Positions 1 to 8,698 of a stretch of 64,000 bases of DNA are shown piece by piece. Position numbers and translations under genes: made by a program. Where the stretch lies: contig MGWC01000001.1 of assembly GCA_001800815.1 (NCBI GenBank), forward strand, positions 54,431-118,430, given 5' to 3'. The first letter of the stretch is position 1. Each line of letters begins with the position of its first letter. The notes under the pieces were generated by a model. That model did not search any database. It saw nothing but the letters and a program-made list of their open reading frames with translations, and was not told the DNA's origin. The DNA comes from Euryarchaeota archaeon RBG_19FT_COMBO_56_21. GTDB taxonomy: Archaea > Thermoplasmatota > Thermoplasmata > UBA10834.

Positions 1-654
1 CTCGTGAGGAAAGGCTACCGAGTCGCCTCGGTCAAACACACCTCCGGGGAATGGACCCTGGACCAGAAGGGCAAGGACACATGGAGACACTGGAAGGCAG
101 GGAGCGACCCTGTCGTGTTCTCATCAGCCTCGGAAACGTCGATCATGGTGCACTCGCCTATGGATCTCGATCACATAACCGGACTGCTCATGAGAGAATT
201 TAATCCTGATATTATTATAATTGAAGGGTATAAGAAAGGCCGTTTTCCGAAGGTGGCAGTAGGGGATATCAAATCCCAGGACGGGACGGTTCTCCGGAAC
301 CCGGACCTCAGGACGTTGCTTCGATACGTCGAGCGAGAGGCAGCGATGGAGAAGATCATGCATGTGCTTCCTGGCCTCGACTGTCGGAGATGCGGGCTGG
401 ACTGTGAATCGTTTGCGAGCGCGGTTGTGAGCGGAAAAAAGAAGCTGTCTGATTGCGTCGAGCTCCCCGACTTAGACGTCCACATTACTGTCGGCGGCAA
501 GCGCATCAATACCGGCAGATTCGTTGCTGAGGTCGCTGACAAGACTGTGAGGGGGATGCTTAGCAGCTTCAAGGGCTACGAGCCCGGGAAGGATGTTGGA
601 ATCCGTCTCGGCGCTAAGAAGGCGATTTCGAAAAAGGTCAGAAGAACTAGCTAG
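1..654 (+). CDS. mobB: MobB-like molybdopterin-guanine dinucleotide biosynthesis P-loop protein. The 5' end is truncated by the window edge. Carries a Cys-rich C-terminal extension.
   Basis: Translation contains MobB core motifs (RVASVKH, DIIIIEGYKK, FPKVAV). The C-terminal ~90 aa contain CRRCGLDC...C. The track start at 4 is a GTG, so the gene continues upstream of the window. Confidence 0.5.
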   Translation, partial: LVRKGYRVASVKHTSGEWTLDQKGKDTWRHWKAGSDPVVFSSASETSIMVHSPMDLDHITGLLMREFNPDIIIIEGYKKGRFPKVAVGDIKSQDGTVLRNPDLRTLLRYVEREAAMEKIMHVLPGLDCRRCGLDCESFASAVVSGKKKLSDCVELPDLDVHITVGGKRINTGRFVAEVADKTVRGMLSSFKGYEPGKDVGIRLGAKKAISKKVRRTS

Positions 655-801
655 CCCGTTCGTACGCCTTCCAATGCGACTTCGCTATGTTTATCAAGGC
701 CGACGCCATCCTGAGCGCCAGGGGGTCCAGAGATCTCCTTGGCGCGGGGTTACGGCGGAACATATTTCCCACCATGCACACAACACATCAGGTGACATTT
801 C

Positions 802-1959
802 ATGAGAAAGTTGAACGAGATCGAGAAGGACCTTTACGCATGCTTGCAGTGCGGTTATTGCAGAGACACCTGTCCCGTGCACGGGCAGATTGGGTGGGAG
901 TCCGGATCACCTCGAGGGAAGGTGTACTACCTCAAGCAGATCGCCAACAGGACGCCGATGGACAGGCTCTTGAGAAGGACACCTGAGATAACGCCCGAGT
1001 TCGTCGAGAGGGTCTTCCAGTGCACATCGTGTGCGGCGTGTGAGCACAACTGTCATGTCGAGATAGATTTCGCCCATGTTTGGGAAGAGGTCAAGGAGTG
1101 GTTGATCGACCAGGGCTACGGGCCAATGGAGGCTCACAAGAAGATCAGAGAGAAGGTCGTAGCCAAGCGCAACCCGTACGATGAGCCCATGGAAAAGCGC
1201 GCCGCCTGGTTGCCCCCAGAGATCGAGCTCTCACCGAACCCTGAAGTCGTGTTCTTCACCGGTTGTACAGAGGCGTACAGGATGCAGCCACTCGCGGTGG
1301 CAACGGCGAAATTGCTGGACAAAGCCGGTGTCAAGTTCAACGTGCTCGGAGAAGACGAGTGGTGCTGCGGCTCCCCGCTGCTTAGGACCGGCCAGAAGAG
1401 TGTTGTCAGGGACGACATCGCCCCGCACAACGTCAACGCTATGGAGAAGCGTGGATGGAAGACAATGGTCACTGCGTGCGCAGGCTGCTTCAACACGATG
1501 AAGAACGACTATCCGCACCTGACCGGCACCCCGGGCTACAAGCTATACCATGTCTCCGAGTACCTGGAAAAGCTCATCAAAGATGGCAAGCTCAAGTTCA
1601 CAAAGGAGTACAAGAAGAAGATATTCTACCACGACCCCTGCCACCTCGGCAGGCATGCGAAGGTCTACGACGCCCCGAGAAACGTGCTGAAGGCGATCCC
1701 TGGCGTTACCCTGCTTGAGACGAAGGCGGAGAAAGAGGAATCTCAGTGTTGTGGTGCTGGTGGCGGGTTCAAGTCAGCGTTCAATGAGATGGCGGAGAGC
1801 ATTGCCGCGGAGCGCGTGAAGCAAGCAGTGGATGCGGGGGCCGAAGTCATCGCTACCTCGTGCCCATTCTGTCAGGTCAACCTGAACGCGGGCGCGAAGA
1901 AGGCCGGCCTCGGCATCAAGACAATGGATGTCGTCCAGATTGCACTCCAGGCCGTTTGA
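802..1959 (+). CDS. HdrD/GlcF-like iron-sulfur oxidoreductase. N-terminal 2x[4Fe-4S] ferredoxin domain, C-terminal two CCG (Cys-rich) domains.
   Basis: ATG at 802. Motifs CLQCGYCRDTCP and CTSCAACEHNC, then two CCG-type repeats (WCCGSPL, DPCHLG...CCGAGGG), as in HdrD, GlcF and LutA family proteins. Confidence 0.6.
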   Translation: MRKLNEIEKDLYACLQCGYCRDTCPVHGQIGWESGSPRGKVYYLKQIANRTPMDRLLRRTPEITPEFVERVFQCTSCAACEHNCHVEIDFAHVWEEVKEWLIDQGYGPMEAHKKIREKVVAKRNPYDEPMEKRAAWLPPEIELSPNPEVVFFTGCTEAYRMQPLAVATAKLLDKAGVKFNVLGEDEWCCGSPLLRTGQKSVVRDDIAPHNVNAMEKRGWKTMVTACAGCFNTMKNDYPHLTGTPGYKLYHVSEYLEKLIKDGKLKFTKEYKKKIFYHDPCHLGRHAKVYDAPRNVLKAIPGVTLLETKAEKEESQCCGAGGGFKSAFNEMAESIAAERVKQAVDAGAEVIATSCPFCQVNLNAGAKKAGLGIKTMDVVQIALQAV

Positions 1960-2003
1960 TATCCAACAGGGAGGGGGAATTCAATCAGTGATTTCAATCC
2001 TGG

Positions 2004-2669
2004 TTATCGCAATCCCATTCTGAGAAATGCGGTCTCAACAATCTCCCAGCATCCATTCGTTTCAGCGATAGCTCGAACCAGCTCCCAGTCTGAGATGACG
2101 TTTGCGATGCCGTGAATGTCGTAGGTGTCTTTCTGTATCTTGCTCCTCAGATAGGCGGAGTCGACAGGACCTATTGCCAGGTGATCAAGGTCCCAGTTGC
2201 GATCAAGAAATGCTTTGACCTTCTGGAGCAGGAGCAGCTCAGGAATGGGGATCCGAACAGTCGCGTCGCCTAGGTCCCACACCACGCTGTGCTCCTTGAG
2301 CAACGCAAAAGGGAGGTTCGCGTCGGCGTTCCCCTTGAATGGAGGACTATCATCAAAACTCGCAGCGTCGATATAGACGAACACAGGCTCGCTCCGTACA
2401 ATCACTCTCTTGCGGTAGCGTCGACTTGCGAAACCGCCGTACTGTTCATACCCGTTCACTTTGTAGTACTGCGTCAAGAACATGTCCAGGATCGCTTCGT
2501 CAGGAAACACAACATCAATGTCCCGACTTCCCAACCCCCCGTGGAGTCTCCAGGCTGCCCAGCCCCCAATGAGATAGAACTCCGGTCCTTTCATCTTCGC
2601 CCAGAACGCAAGACTTCGCAACTCGGTGAAGCTTGGGGAGGTAATCTCCTCACGGTATTGGGAAGCCAT
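2004..2669 (-). CDS. Nucleotidyltransferase-fold protein, AbiEii/DUF1814-like (candidate toxin).
   Basis: GGWAAWRLHGGLGSRDIDVVF matches the NTase hG[GS]...DxD signature. The track ORF starts at a TTG at 2783. An in-frame ATG with conserved sequence downstream is at 2669, so the start is ambiguous. Confidence 0.4.
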   Translation of the reverse strand: MASQYREEITSPSFTELRSLAFWAKMKGPEFYLIGGWAAWRLHGGLGSRDIDVVFPDEAILDMFLTQYYKVNGYEQYGGFASRRYRKRVIVRSEPVFVYIDAASFDDSPPFKGNADANLPFALLKEHSVVWDLGDATVRIPIPELLLLQKVKAFLDRNWDLDHLAIGPVDSAYLRSKIQKDTYDIHGIANVISDWELVRAIAETNGCWEIVETAFLRMGLR

Positions 2670-2706
2670 AGAATCTGCATCGATGAGGTTACCGGCTCGC
2701 TTTTCG

Positions 2707-3357
2707 CTACTCAATCTCAACGCCCCACAGCTCACGGAGAAGATCACGTGCGGCGTAGACCCTGTTGTCGCAAGCAAGGTCAACGATCGTCCTGAACTTG
2801 GAGGTCATGCGGCCTGCAACGACATCTCCTGCAAGCGGAATATCTGGAAGATATAGTTCAAGGGGCACATTGCCGCCGCCGAGCGACCTAAGCTTCTCAA
2901 GTGCGCTCTCGGGGGATGCGTGGTAGGCACAGACGCGCGAGGGACGGTAGAATTGACTGTATTCCGCAAGCGCAGTCTCAAGACACAGAATGCCACCAAC
3001 CTTCAGCACCTCCTCTTTCGTGCTGCTGATATTCCCTCGGAGCTTCACTGATAGCGCTAGCGCGTCCGACATGGTCCTCTGCGTGGGTATTGCTCCGACA
3101 GCCACTCCGACAGCACCGCGGACCACATAGTCCCCCGTATGCAGTCGTTCCGCCGCTCCCCTGGCCATGAGCCAACGAACCACCCTGCTAACCTGGGCTC
3201 GGCTGGCCTCTGCCCGCTCGGCAAGACCACTTTCAGTGAACGGTCGATTGTATGTGAGAGCCTCTCGCAGAATGCGATAGGTTGTCGGACTCACCAACGA
3301 CTTGACATGAGGTGGCGAATTTCGCATGTGAGACAACATTTCATATTCATGAAACAT
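2707..3357 (-). CDS. Winged-helix transcriptional regulator, AbiEi/COG5340-like (candidate antitoxin).
   Basis: ATG at 3357. wHTH-like segment (YRILREALTYNRPFTESGLAERAEASRAQVSRVVRWL). Lies immediately upstream of and co-oriented with the NTase gene. A perfect inverted repeat sits upstream. Confidence 0.4.
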   Translation of the reverse strand: MFHEYEMLSHMRNSPPHVKSLVSPTTYRILREALTYNRPFTESGLAERAEASRAQVSRVVRWLMARGAAERLHTGDYVVRGAVGVAVGAIPTQRTMSDALALSVKLRGNISSTKEEVLKVGGILCLETALAEYSQFYRPSRVCAYHASPESALEKLRSLGGGNVPLELYLPDIPLAGDVVAGRMTSKFRTIVDLACDNRVYAARDLLRELWGVEIE

Positions 3358-3424
3358 ATATATAAGTTTCCATTATCCAGCATTTCTCAGTTCATATATG
3401 CAGTTGGCAACGACGAACGCATAT

Positions 3425-3453
3425 GGTTCCATAGTACACGGTACTATGGAACC
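3425..3453. promoter_or_regulatory. Perfect inverted repeat (13-bp arms, 3-bp spacer): GGTTCCATAGTAC-ACG-GTACTATGGAACC. Candidate operator in the promoter region of the AbiEi-like gene (or terminator of lrp).
   Basis: Read directly from the sequence. The left arm is the exact reverse complement of the right arm. Located ~70-95 nt upstream of the ATG at 3357 in an AT-rich intergenic region. Confidence 0.45.
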
Positions 3454-3480
3454 CATTGCGGATAGTAAACCAGACGGTTC

Positions 3481-3996
3481 TCAGATTCCAGTCCAGGGAA
3501 CGCCTTTGTGCGCGCTCATGACTATCTGCGTGTCCGTCTCTTTGATACCATCCATCTTAAGGAATGTGTCGATGAATTCCTGGAGTTCGGTCATTCCGAC
3601 GAAGAGTGCGACGACTAGAAGATCGTACTCGCCCGTGACCCTGTACACGGCGACGACCCTGTTGTGGTTGACTATCTTCTGAACAACCTGGTCGAGCTTG
3701 TCAGTCACGGTCTTGACGTGCACGTATGCCTTCACGGTGTTCTCAATGAGTCTGTAATCTATGTGAATTGAGAAGCGCATGATGATGCCCTTCTCTATCA
3801 GATTCTTGATCCGTCGCCTGACTGTCGCCTCAGTCACGCTGAGCTTCTTGGCAATCTCAGAGTTGCTCATCCTGGCGTTGTCCCTGAGCTCGCACAGAAT
3901 CCTGATGTCGGTCCGGTCGATCGGCAGCATCTTGAGGTCCAGACCCTTCCATCGCTCGTATAGCTCGCAGGGGAGATCGTCAGCTTTGTTCTGCAT
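3481..3996 (-). CDS. lrp: Lrp/AsnC-family transcriptional regulator.
   Basis: HTH (DIRILCELRDNARMSNSEIAKKLSVTEATVRRRIKNLIEKGII) followed by a RAM/ACT-like C-terminal domain. ATG at 3996 preceded by GGAGGAG. An alternative ATG lies at 3930. Confidence 0.75.
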   Translation of the reverse strand: MQNKADDLPCELYERWKGLDLKMLPIDRTDIRILCELRDNARMSNSEIAKKLSVTEATVRRRIKNLIEKGIIMRFSIHIDYRLIENTVKAYVHVKTVTDKLDQVVQKIVNHNRVVAVYRVTGEYDLLVVALFVGMTELQEFIDTFLKMDGIKETDTQIVMSAHKGVPWTGI

Positions 3997-4134
3997 CGGA
4001 ACACCGCTCCTCCAATATGCAAGTCATACTTCAAACTAACGGAATCCACACAAAACCTGGGCGAATACGCATCCATTTCGTATGGTTTCTGCCCATCGGC
4101 TGACGATTGATGCCAACGAGACGCCGAAAAGCAA

Positions 4135-4917
4135 TCACGTGCCGTACCGACGCTTCCTCAGCTGATACGCCCTGACAGCCCTCAGGAAATCTATCTTTCT
4201 GAAGCCCGGCCAGTACACATCTGAGAAGTAGAGTTCGGAGTACGCCAGCTGCCAGAGAAGAAAATTCGATATCCGCTCCTCCCCCGAAGTCCTCAGGATG
4301 AGGTCAGGGTCGGGCATGTCTTTTGTGTAGAGGTATCCTGTGAACGTCTTCTCTGTTATGTCCTCCACTGAAAGCTTCCCCTTCTTGACCTCGTCGGCGA
4401 TCCTCCGAATGGCCTGCACGATCTCCTCTCTGCCACCGTACGCGACCGCGAGGTTGAAGAAGTACTGGTCATAGCCCTTGGTCTTCTCCTCTGCCAGCGC
4501 TATCGCCTGCTGGACGTCTTTTGGGAGCAACTCCTTCTGGCCCAGGACGCTGACTCGTATCTTGTGCTTGTGCACTCTGTCGTCCTCGGAAAGCCTTCGG
4601 AAGTTCTCCGTGAACATCCTCATCAGGTCGTCCACTTCCGCCTTCTCCCGGTTGATATTCTCCGTCGAGAAGGCGTACACCGTCAGCATCTTCACGCCGA
4701 TCTCCATGCACCATTCAAGGATCTGCTCCAGTTTCTCTCTGCCCTTCTCGTGCCCCTGAGAGATCACCATCCCGAACTCGCTCGCGTAGCGTCTGTTTCC
4801 GTCCATGATGATGGCCACGTGATGCGGGACTGGCCTCGACATGACCTCCTTTAGCAGCCTCTTCTCGTAGGTCGAATATGCAGTCGAAGAAATCGCTTTC
4901 GACAGATCGGATGCCAT
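4135..4917 (-). CDS. uppS: Undecaprenyl/di-trans,poly-cis-prenyl diphosphate synthase (cis-prenyltransferase).
   Basis: HVAIIMDGNRRYA, YAFSTENINR and LRTSGEERISNFLLWQ motifs. ATG at 4917 (MASDLS...). The longer track ORF to 5019 would overlap the next gene. Confidence 0.8.
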   Translation of the reverse strand: MASDLSKAISSTAYSTYEKRLLKEVMSRPVPHHVAIIMDGNRRYASEFGMVISQGHEKGREKLEQILEWCMEIGVKMLTVYAFSTENINREKAEVDDLMRMFTENFRRLSEDDRVHKHKIRVSVLGQKELLPKDVQQAIALAEEKTKGYDQYFFNLAVAYGGREEIVQAIRRIADEVKKGKLSVEDITEKTFTGYLYTKDMPDPDLILRTSGEERISNFLLWQLAYSELYFSDVYWPGFRKIDFLRAVRAYQLRKRRYGT

Positions 4918-4961
4918 ATGACAGACCGTCTGGGCTCCCAATATGCCCGTCCCATTTAAAA

Positions 4962-5918
4962 CTATACGTGCTTGAAGTCCTCGGGCAGGCCAGCACTGTA
5001 AAGACCGAGGTCGAAGCACCCGATGGCCGCAAGAGCGCCTATTGTGCCACGGCGGCCGGTTATCTCCAGCAGCTTGGTGTTGTTCTCCTTCGCGGTGTGC
5101 TCGGCGTCGTGGATCGAGAGAATTGTCTCTTTCGCATCAGCTCCGTACCGCACCAATTTCCTGGGAATCTCGAGGCCCTCGAAAACTGCCATCGAGGTCT
5201 GGTCCGAGTAAGTCCCGTTCCTGACGTATTCTTTGGCCCAGTCGACAGCCTTGGAAGCATCTTCCGGCTTCACGGCGAACGCGACTCCCGTCGAGGCGCA
5301 ATTCGTGGTTTTCTGGGGCGCATGAGGATTCAGCTGTACTATCTTGTGTGTGAGGAAGATCCCGTGCGGAGTCTCTCTGCCCATCTTAAGCCCGAGAACC
5401 CAAGTCGCCCCTTTCTCCTTAGTGTCCGTATCATCGATACCTATTATGAGCCTCCTGTGAAGGGGCGTTGTGATCTTGATCTCGACCCTGCGGCTGCCCC
5501 CGACTAGTTGATCGCTCAGGAACTCGACCTTCTCGACTCCTTCCGCCTGCGGCAAGCAAGCGCCCACGCCGACACTCGCGCCCGCGAGCCCTATCCAGGT
5601 AGTCTCGACCTTGCCGTGCTTCACAATCAACGACTTGAGTGCCTGGCCGCCGGTATCCTTTGACGCCGCGCCGAATCTCACTTCGCCTTCGCCCACGCGC
5701 GCGTCCATGATGAGCGTAGTACCCATGACCTCAATGTGTTCAACCACTCCCTTCGCCCGGAGCCTGTTCATCGCATCCCACTCTACAGGGCCCTGGGCGC
5801 AGCATTCCTCGACTATCCTCGCCTTACCGAGCTCCTCGTCCACCATGGTGATGAGGCGCTTCGAGAACAGAGGACCATGCCTCTGCCTGATTTCAGAAGG
5901 CGTGAAGATGACGGCCAT
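4962..5918 (-). CDS. Protein with a C-terminal TiaS-like (DUF1743) domain and an unrecognised N-terminal ~150 aa. Atypical architecture.
   Basis: IIGIDDTDT...KIVQLNPHAPQKTTNCASTGVAF resembles the N-terminal kinase-like domain of tRNA(Ile2) agmatidine synthetase TiaS. Here it is at the C-terminal end, and the OB/zinc-ribbon domains of canonical TiaS are absent. Confidence 0.35.
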   Translation of the reverse strand: MAVIFTPSEIRQRHGPLFSKRLITMVDEELGKARIVEECCAQGPVEWDAMNRLRAKGVVEHIEVMGTTLIMDARVGEGEVRFGAASKDTGGQALKSLIVKHGKVETTWIGLAGASVGVGACLPQAEGVEKVEFLSDQLVGGSRRVEIKITTPLHRRLIIGIDDTDTKEKGATWVLGLKMGRETPHGIFLTHKIVQLNPHAPQKTTNCASTGVAFAVKPEDASKAVDWAKEYVRNGTYSDQTSMAVFEGLEIPRKLVRYGADAKETILSIHDAEHTAKENNTKLLEITGRRGTIGALAAIGCFDLGLYSAGLPEDFKHV

Positions 5919-5922
5919 GGCT

Positions 5923-6606
5923 TCAAACTTCCATTGACTCCCCGGGTTTCAACAAGATCGTCTTGGTCTTCGGCGACGATTTCCTGACTAGTCTCTCGAA
6001 CTCCTTCGGGTCGACAGCTATCTGAGGCCAAGTGCCATAGTGCATCGGCACTACTTTCTTTGGTCTGACTAGCTTCGTCGCCATCGCAGCCTGTTTTGGA
6101 TCCATGGTGAAGAACCCGCCGATGGGCAGCAGCGCCAAATCCGGCTTGTACATGTCCCCTATGAGCTTCATGTCCCCGAACACGCACGTGTCGCCGGCGT
6201 GATAGACCACCTTGCCCGAGTTGATGATGAGTCCGACGGGCATGGCGGCAGAGAACTCCAACCCAGGCGCACCTATGCTGGATGAGTGGAATGCGGGAAC
6301 CATCGTGATCTCCGTGTTGCGTATCTTGGCGGTCCCACCCAAGTTGAATCCCACACTCCTGACACCCGTGCGCTCGAGGAAGTTCGACATCTCGAGTATG
6401 GCCGCCACAGTGGCATCGTTCCTCCGGGCGATCTCGACAGTGTCCCCGAGATGGTCACCGTGACCGTGCGTCACACATATGATGTCGCAACTAACCTTGT
6501 CCGCTGTGGTCGACGCCTTGGTATTACCCGTGAGATAGGGGTCCACAAGAACCCTGTCGTTGCCCTCTATCAGAAAAGCCGAATGACCGAGCCAAGTAAC
6601 CTTCAT
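5923..6606 (-). CDS. UPF0173-family metal-dependent hydrolase (metallo-beta-lactamase fold).
   Basis: MKVTWLGHSAFLIEG...VTHGHGDHLGD...YHAGDT motifs. ATG at 6606. The track ORF extends to a non-conserved upstream start. Confidence 0.7.
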   Translation of the reverse strand: MKVTWLGHSAFLIEGNDRVLVDPYLTGNTKASTTADKVSCDIICVTHGHGDHLGDTVEIARRNDATVAAILEMSNFLERTGVRSVGFNLGGTAKIRNTEITMVPAFHSSSIGAPGLEFSAAMPVGLIINSGKVVYHAGDTCVFGDMKLIGDMYKPDLALLPIGGFFTMDPKQAAMATKLVRPKKVVPMHYGTWPQIAVDPKEFERLVRKSSPKTKTILLKPGESMEV

Positions 6607-6664
6607 GCTCTCTCCGGGCAACACAAACGCATGGAGGATATTTCTGTGTTTGGCTATGGTCTTG

Positions 6665-7555
6665 TCACGGCACGAGCCTGGCCAGGAAACGCGCCGGAAC
6701 ATCCGATAGGTTCAGCGCCTTGAGCCCGTCGGAATCGAATACCATCCACTTGCCCTTGATCCCGACAAGCTCTCCCCTGTGCACTCCCGCGGATGGTTCC
6801 AGCTTGGGGACCTCTCGCAGGGGCAGGTCGATGGGGTAGCCCTTGAGCCATCTGAGTGGATCTGGCTTCAGTTGGAACGCCTCGCCCAGCGTGATCTTGA
6901 GCGCCTCGAGCCTCCCCTCGATACCCTCAGCGTCGAGAGGTCGGGACAGGTTTCGGAGCAAAACCTCCTGTCTGTGAAACTGAGGTATTCTGAGCCTTTC
7001 CGATATCTTCTTCTCCGCCTCCCTAGCTCTCTTCCGAGTTGGATGCTTCCCGATGATCGAATATGCGTCCGCGCCTTGTTCTATCAGCCTTTTGTCGATC
7101 CGTCTTGTCGAGCTCATCCCGATCTTCATGCGCGTGTCGTAGAAGGCGATATACAGCATGTGCTCCCGTTTGCAGAATTCGATGTCGCACAGCTCGCCGT
7201 CGCATCTGGGTTCGAAAACGCATTCCTGGTGGGGAAGGAATGACTCCTCGGAACACTCCTGGCACTGAGCGAACCTTGACACTGGGGCCTGCTTGGCGCA
7301 CGGAACATACCTCCCCTCATCGTCCCACATCCCAATGCAGACCTTCCTCTGGCTGACAGAGAAGTTGATGTCCTCCAGGTCGAACTCGCATTCCTGCGCC
7401 GCGGAGCTGTCAAAGCACAGCAGATGAGGGTCGAACTCGTCCCAGTGGAACTCGAGCGCATGGATTGGGAAATCCTCGTTCCTTGAATCGTTCAGTGGAT
7501 GCTTATGGCTTTCATCCATCAGGTGAGGAATGACTCCGCAGTTGCTATTAAGCAT
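6665..7555 (-). CDS. Cys-rich hypothetical protein.
   Basis: ATG at 7555. Several CxxC-like cysteine pairs (CAKQ...CQEC, CDGELCDIEFC). No family recognised from sequence alone. Confidence 0.4.
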   Translation of the reverse strand: MLNSNCGVIPHLMDESHKHPLNDSRNEDFPIHALEFHWDEFDPHLLCFDSSAAQECEFDLEDINFSVSQRKVCIGMWDDEGRYVPCAKQAPVSRFAQCQECSEESFLPHQECVFEPRCDGELCDIEFCKREHMLYIAFYDTRMKIGMSSTRRIDKRLIEQGADAYSIIGKHPTRKRAREAEKKISERLRIPQFHRQEVLLRNLSRPLDAEGIEGRLEALKITLGEAFQLKPDPLRWLKGYPIDLPLREVPKLEPSAGVHRGELVGIKGKWMVFDSDGLKALNLSDVPARFLARLVP

Positions 7556-7581
7556 TCGGCCAGAAGGGCGAATGTATTCGC

Positions 7582-8343
7582 CTATTCCTCAGGAGGCAGC
7601 TCCTGCACGGGCTTTGCCTCAGGCGTCTCCTCAGAATCATGCTTCCTAACCGGACGAGGCGGTTCCGGTGGGAACTCCGTGAGATCCACTTCGAGTCGTG
7701 TCAGGTACTTCGGTGGCACGTCGGTCGTGAGATACACTGTCCTGCCTGCCTTCTGAATAACGAGGCCGTCCTCGGACGCGTTCCTGGCATCGACCTCGAG
7801 GATGATGGGCTCGGGCGTCCTGACCCGGCCTGCATTGACGGCGTCGCCTATCCCCCTGCTGAGGTGAACCATCTTCCTGTCCGAAGGCTTGAGCCCTACC
7901 TCCAGGACGATGTCAACCTCCTCCTTAGTGGTGGGATAGTAAAGCCTGTCCGGGGTTCCGCCAGATGGAAGCTCGAGGTCCACATTGAATGAGTGGGCGT
8001 AGGTCGCTCTAATCATCCCGTCTCTGTACTCGTATCGACCTTTGTTGTCGGTCTCGATGATCGCAACTATGTGATGTGGGCGCACCCAATGGTAGCGCCT
8101 CTGCTTTCTCTGGATAGCGTTCACGAAATCCCTGAGACTGACGAATCCGTGACTGTCCATCTGCAGGTCGAACCGCTCCGGGAAATGCCTAAGCACACCG
8201 GCCATAGTCCTGCTCAGGCGGTCGAGCTCTTCGGAGTTCATGAGGAACCTGCCCTCGTCTCCGCACACGGGACAAGACTCGGCTCTGAAATAGCCGTGTT
8301 CTCTACACTCCTTCAAGCCGCCCTCTTGGGAAGCGTTCTCCAT
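7582..8343 (-). CDS. kptA: RNA 2'-phosphotransferase KptA/Tpt1.
   Basis: Tpt1 family signature HGT...R..G...HLS (MVHLSRGIGDA, VYLTTDVPPKYL). The in-frame ATG at 8343 (MENASQ...) gives a typical length. The track ORF extends upstream to 8520. Confidence 0.7.
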   Translation of the reverse strand: MENASQEGGLKECREHGYFRAESCPVCGDEGRFLMNSEELDRLSRTMAGVLRHFPERFDLQMDSHGFVSLRDFVNAIQRKQRRYHWVRPHHIVAIIETDNKGRYEYRDGMIRATYAHSFNVDLELPSGGTPDRLYYPTTKEEVDIVLEVGLKPSDRKMVHLSRGIGDAVNAGRVRTPEPIILEVDARNASEDGLVIQKAGRTVYLTTDVPPKYLTRLEVDLTEFPPEPPRPVRKHDSEETPEAKPVQELPPEE

Positions 8344-8637
8344 GGGGTTACCTTGGGCACAGGTTATGACTGAAGCTGATAAAAGCTTTCCCTTGACCCG
8401 ATAGCCTCTGATATCCTGACCCAGGAGCGACAGAGAGCGACTCGGACGAGAACGCGCCTCCCTCACTTCAGAGGGTGTTGTCTCCCTGAGAAGCCGGTCC
8501 AAAGTCCGGGGGAATCGCAAGTCCTGCTACGCCTTCACCCAGGGGGCAAAACCCTTATGTAGGCGACCCGCGTAGCCCACGAAAAGGAGTGCCCAGCCAA
8601 CGCCCGCGAGCGCGCGGGTTACATTGGTTCAACGAAA

Positions 8638-8650
8638 CAGATAAAGGATG
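8638..8650 (+). promoter_or_regulatory. TATA-like box (cagATAAAGGatg) ~50 nt upstream of the first hdrA-like gene.
   Basis: AT-rich motif in a GC-rich intergenic region. Similar ATAAAGG/TTAAAGG boxes occur at 16341 and at 50890 (25-30 nt before the tRNA). Confidence 0.25.
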
Positions 8651-8698
8651 CACCAGCATCCTTTCATCCAGGACGCCGAGAGGCCTGGAGGGGGAACG

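Noticed and set aside
8480-8640. RNase P RNA-like motifs (CCAAAGTCCGGGGGAA resembling the P4 5' strand AGGAAAGUCCGGGC; GTGCCCAGCCAACGCCCG resembling the GGUGCCAGGUAACGCCUGGG region) in the intergenic region before hdrA.
   Set aside because: No matching P4 3' strand (ACAGAACCCGGCUUA-like) is present. A full-length RNA would have to run ~100 nt into the well-supported hdrA coding region. The similarity is short enough to be chance in GC-rich DNA. A cmsearch with RF00373 would settle it.
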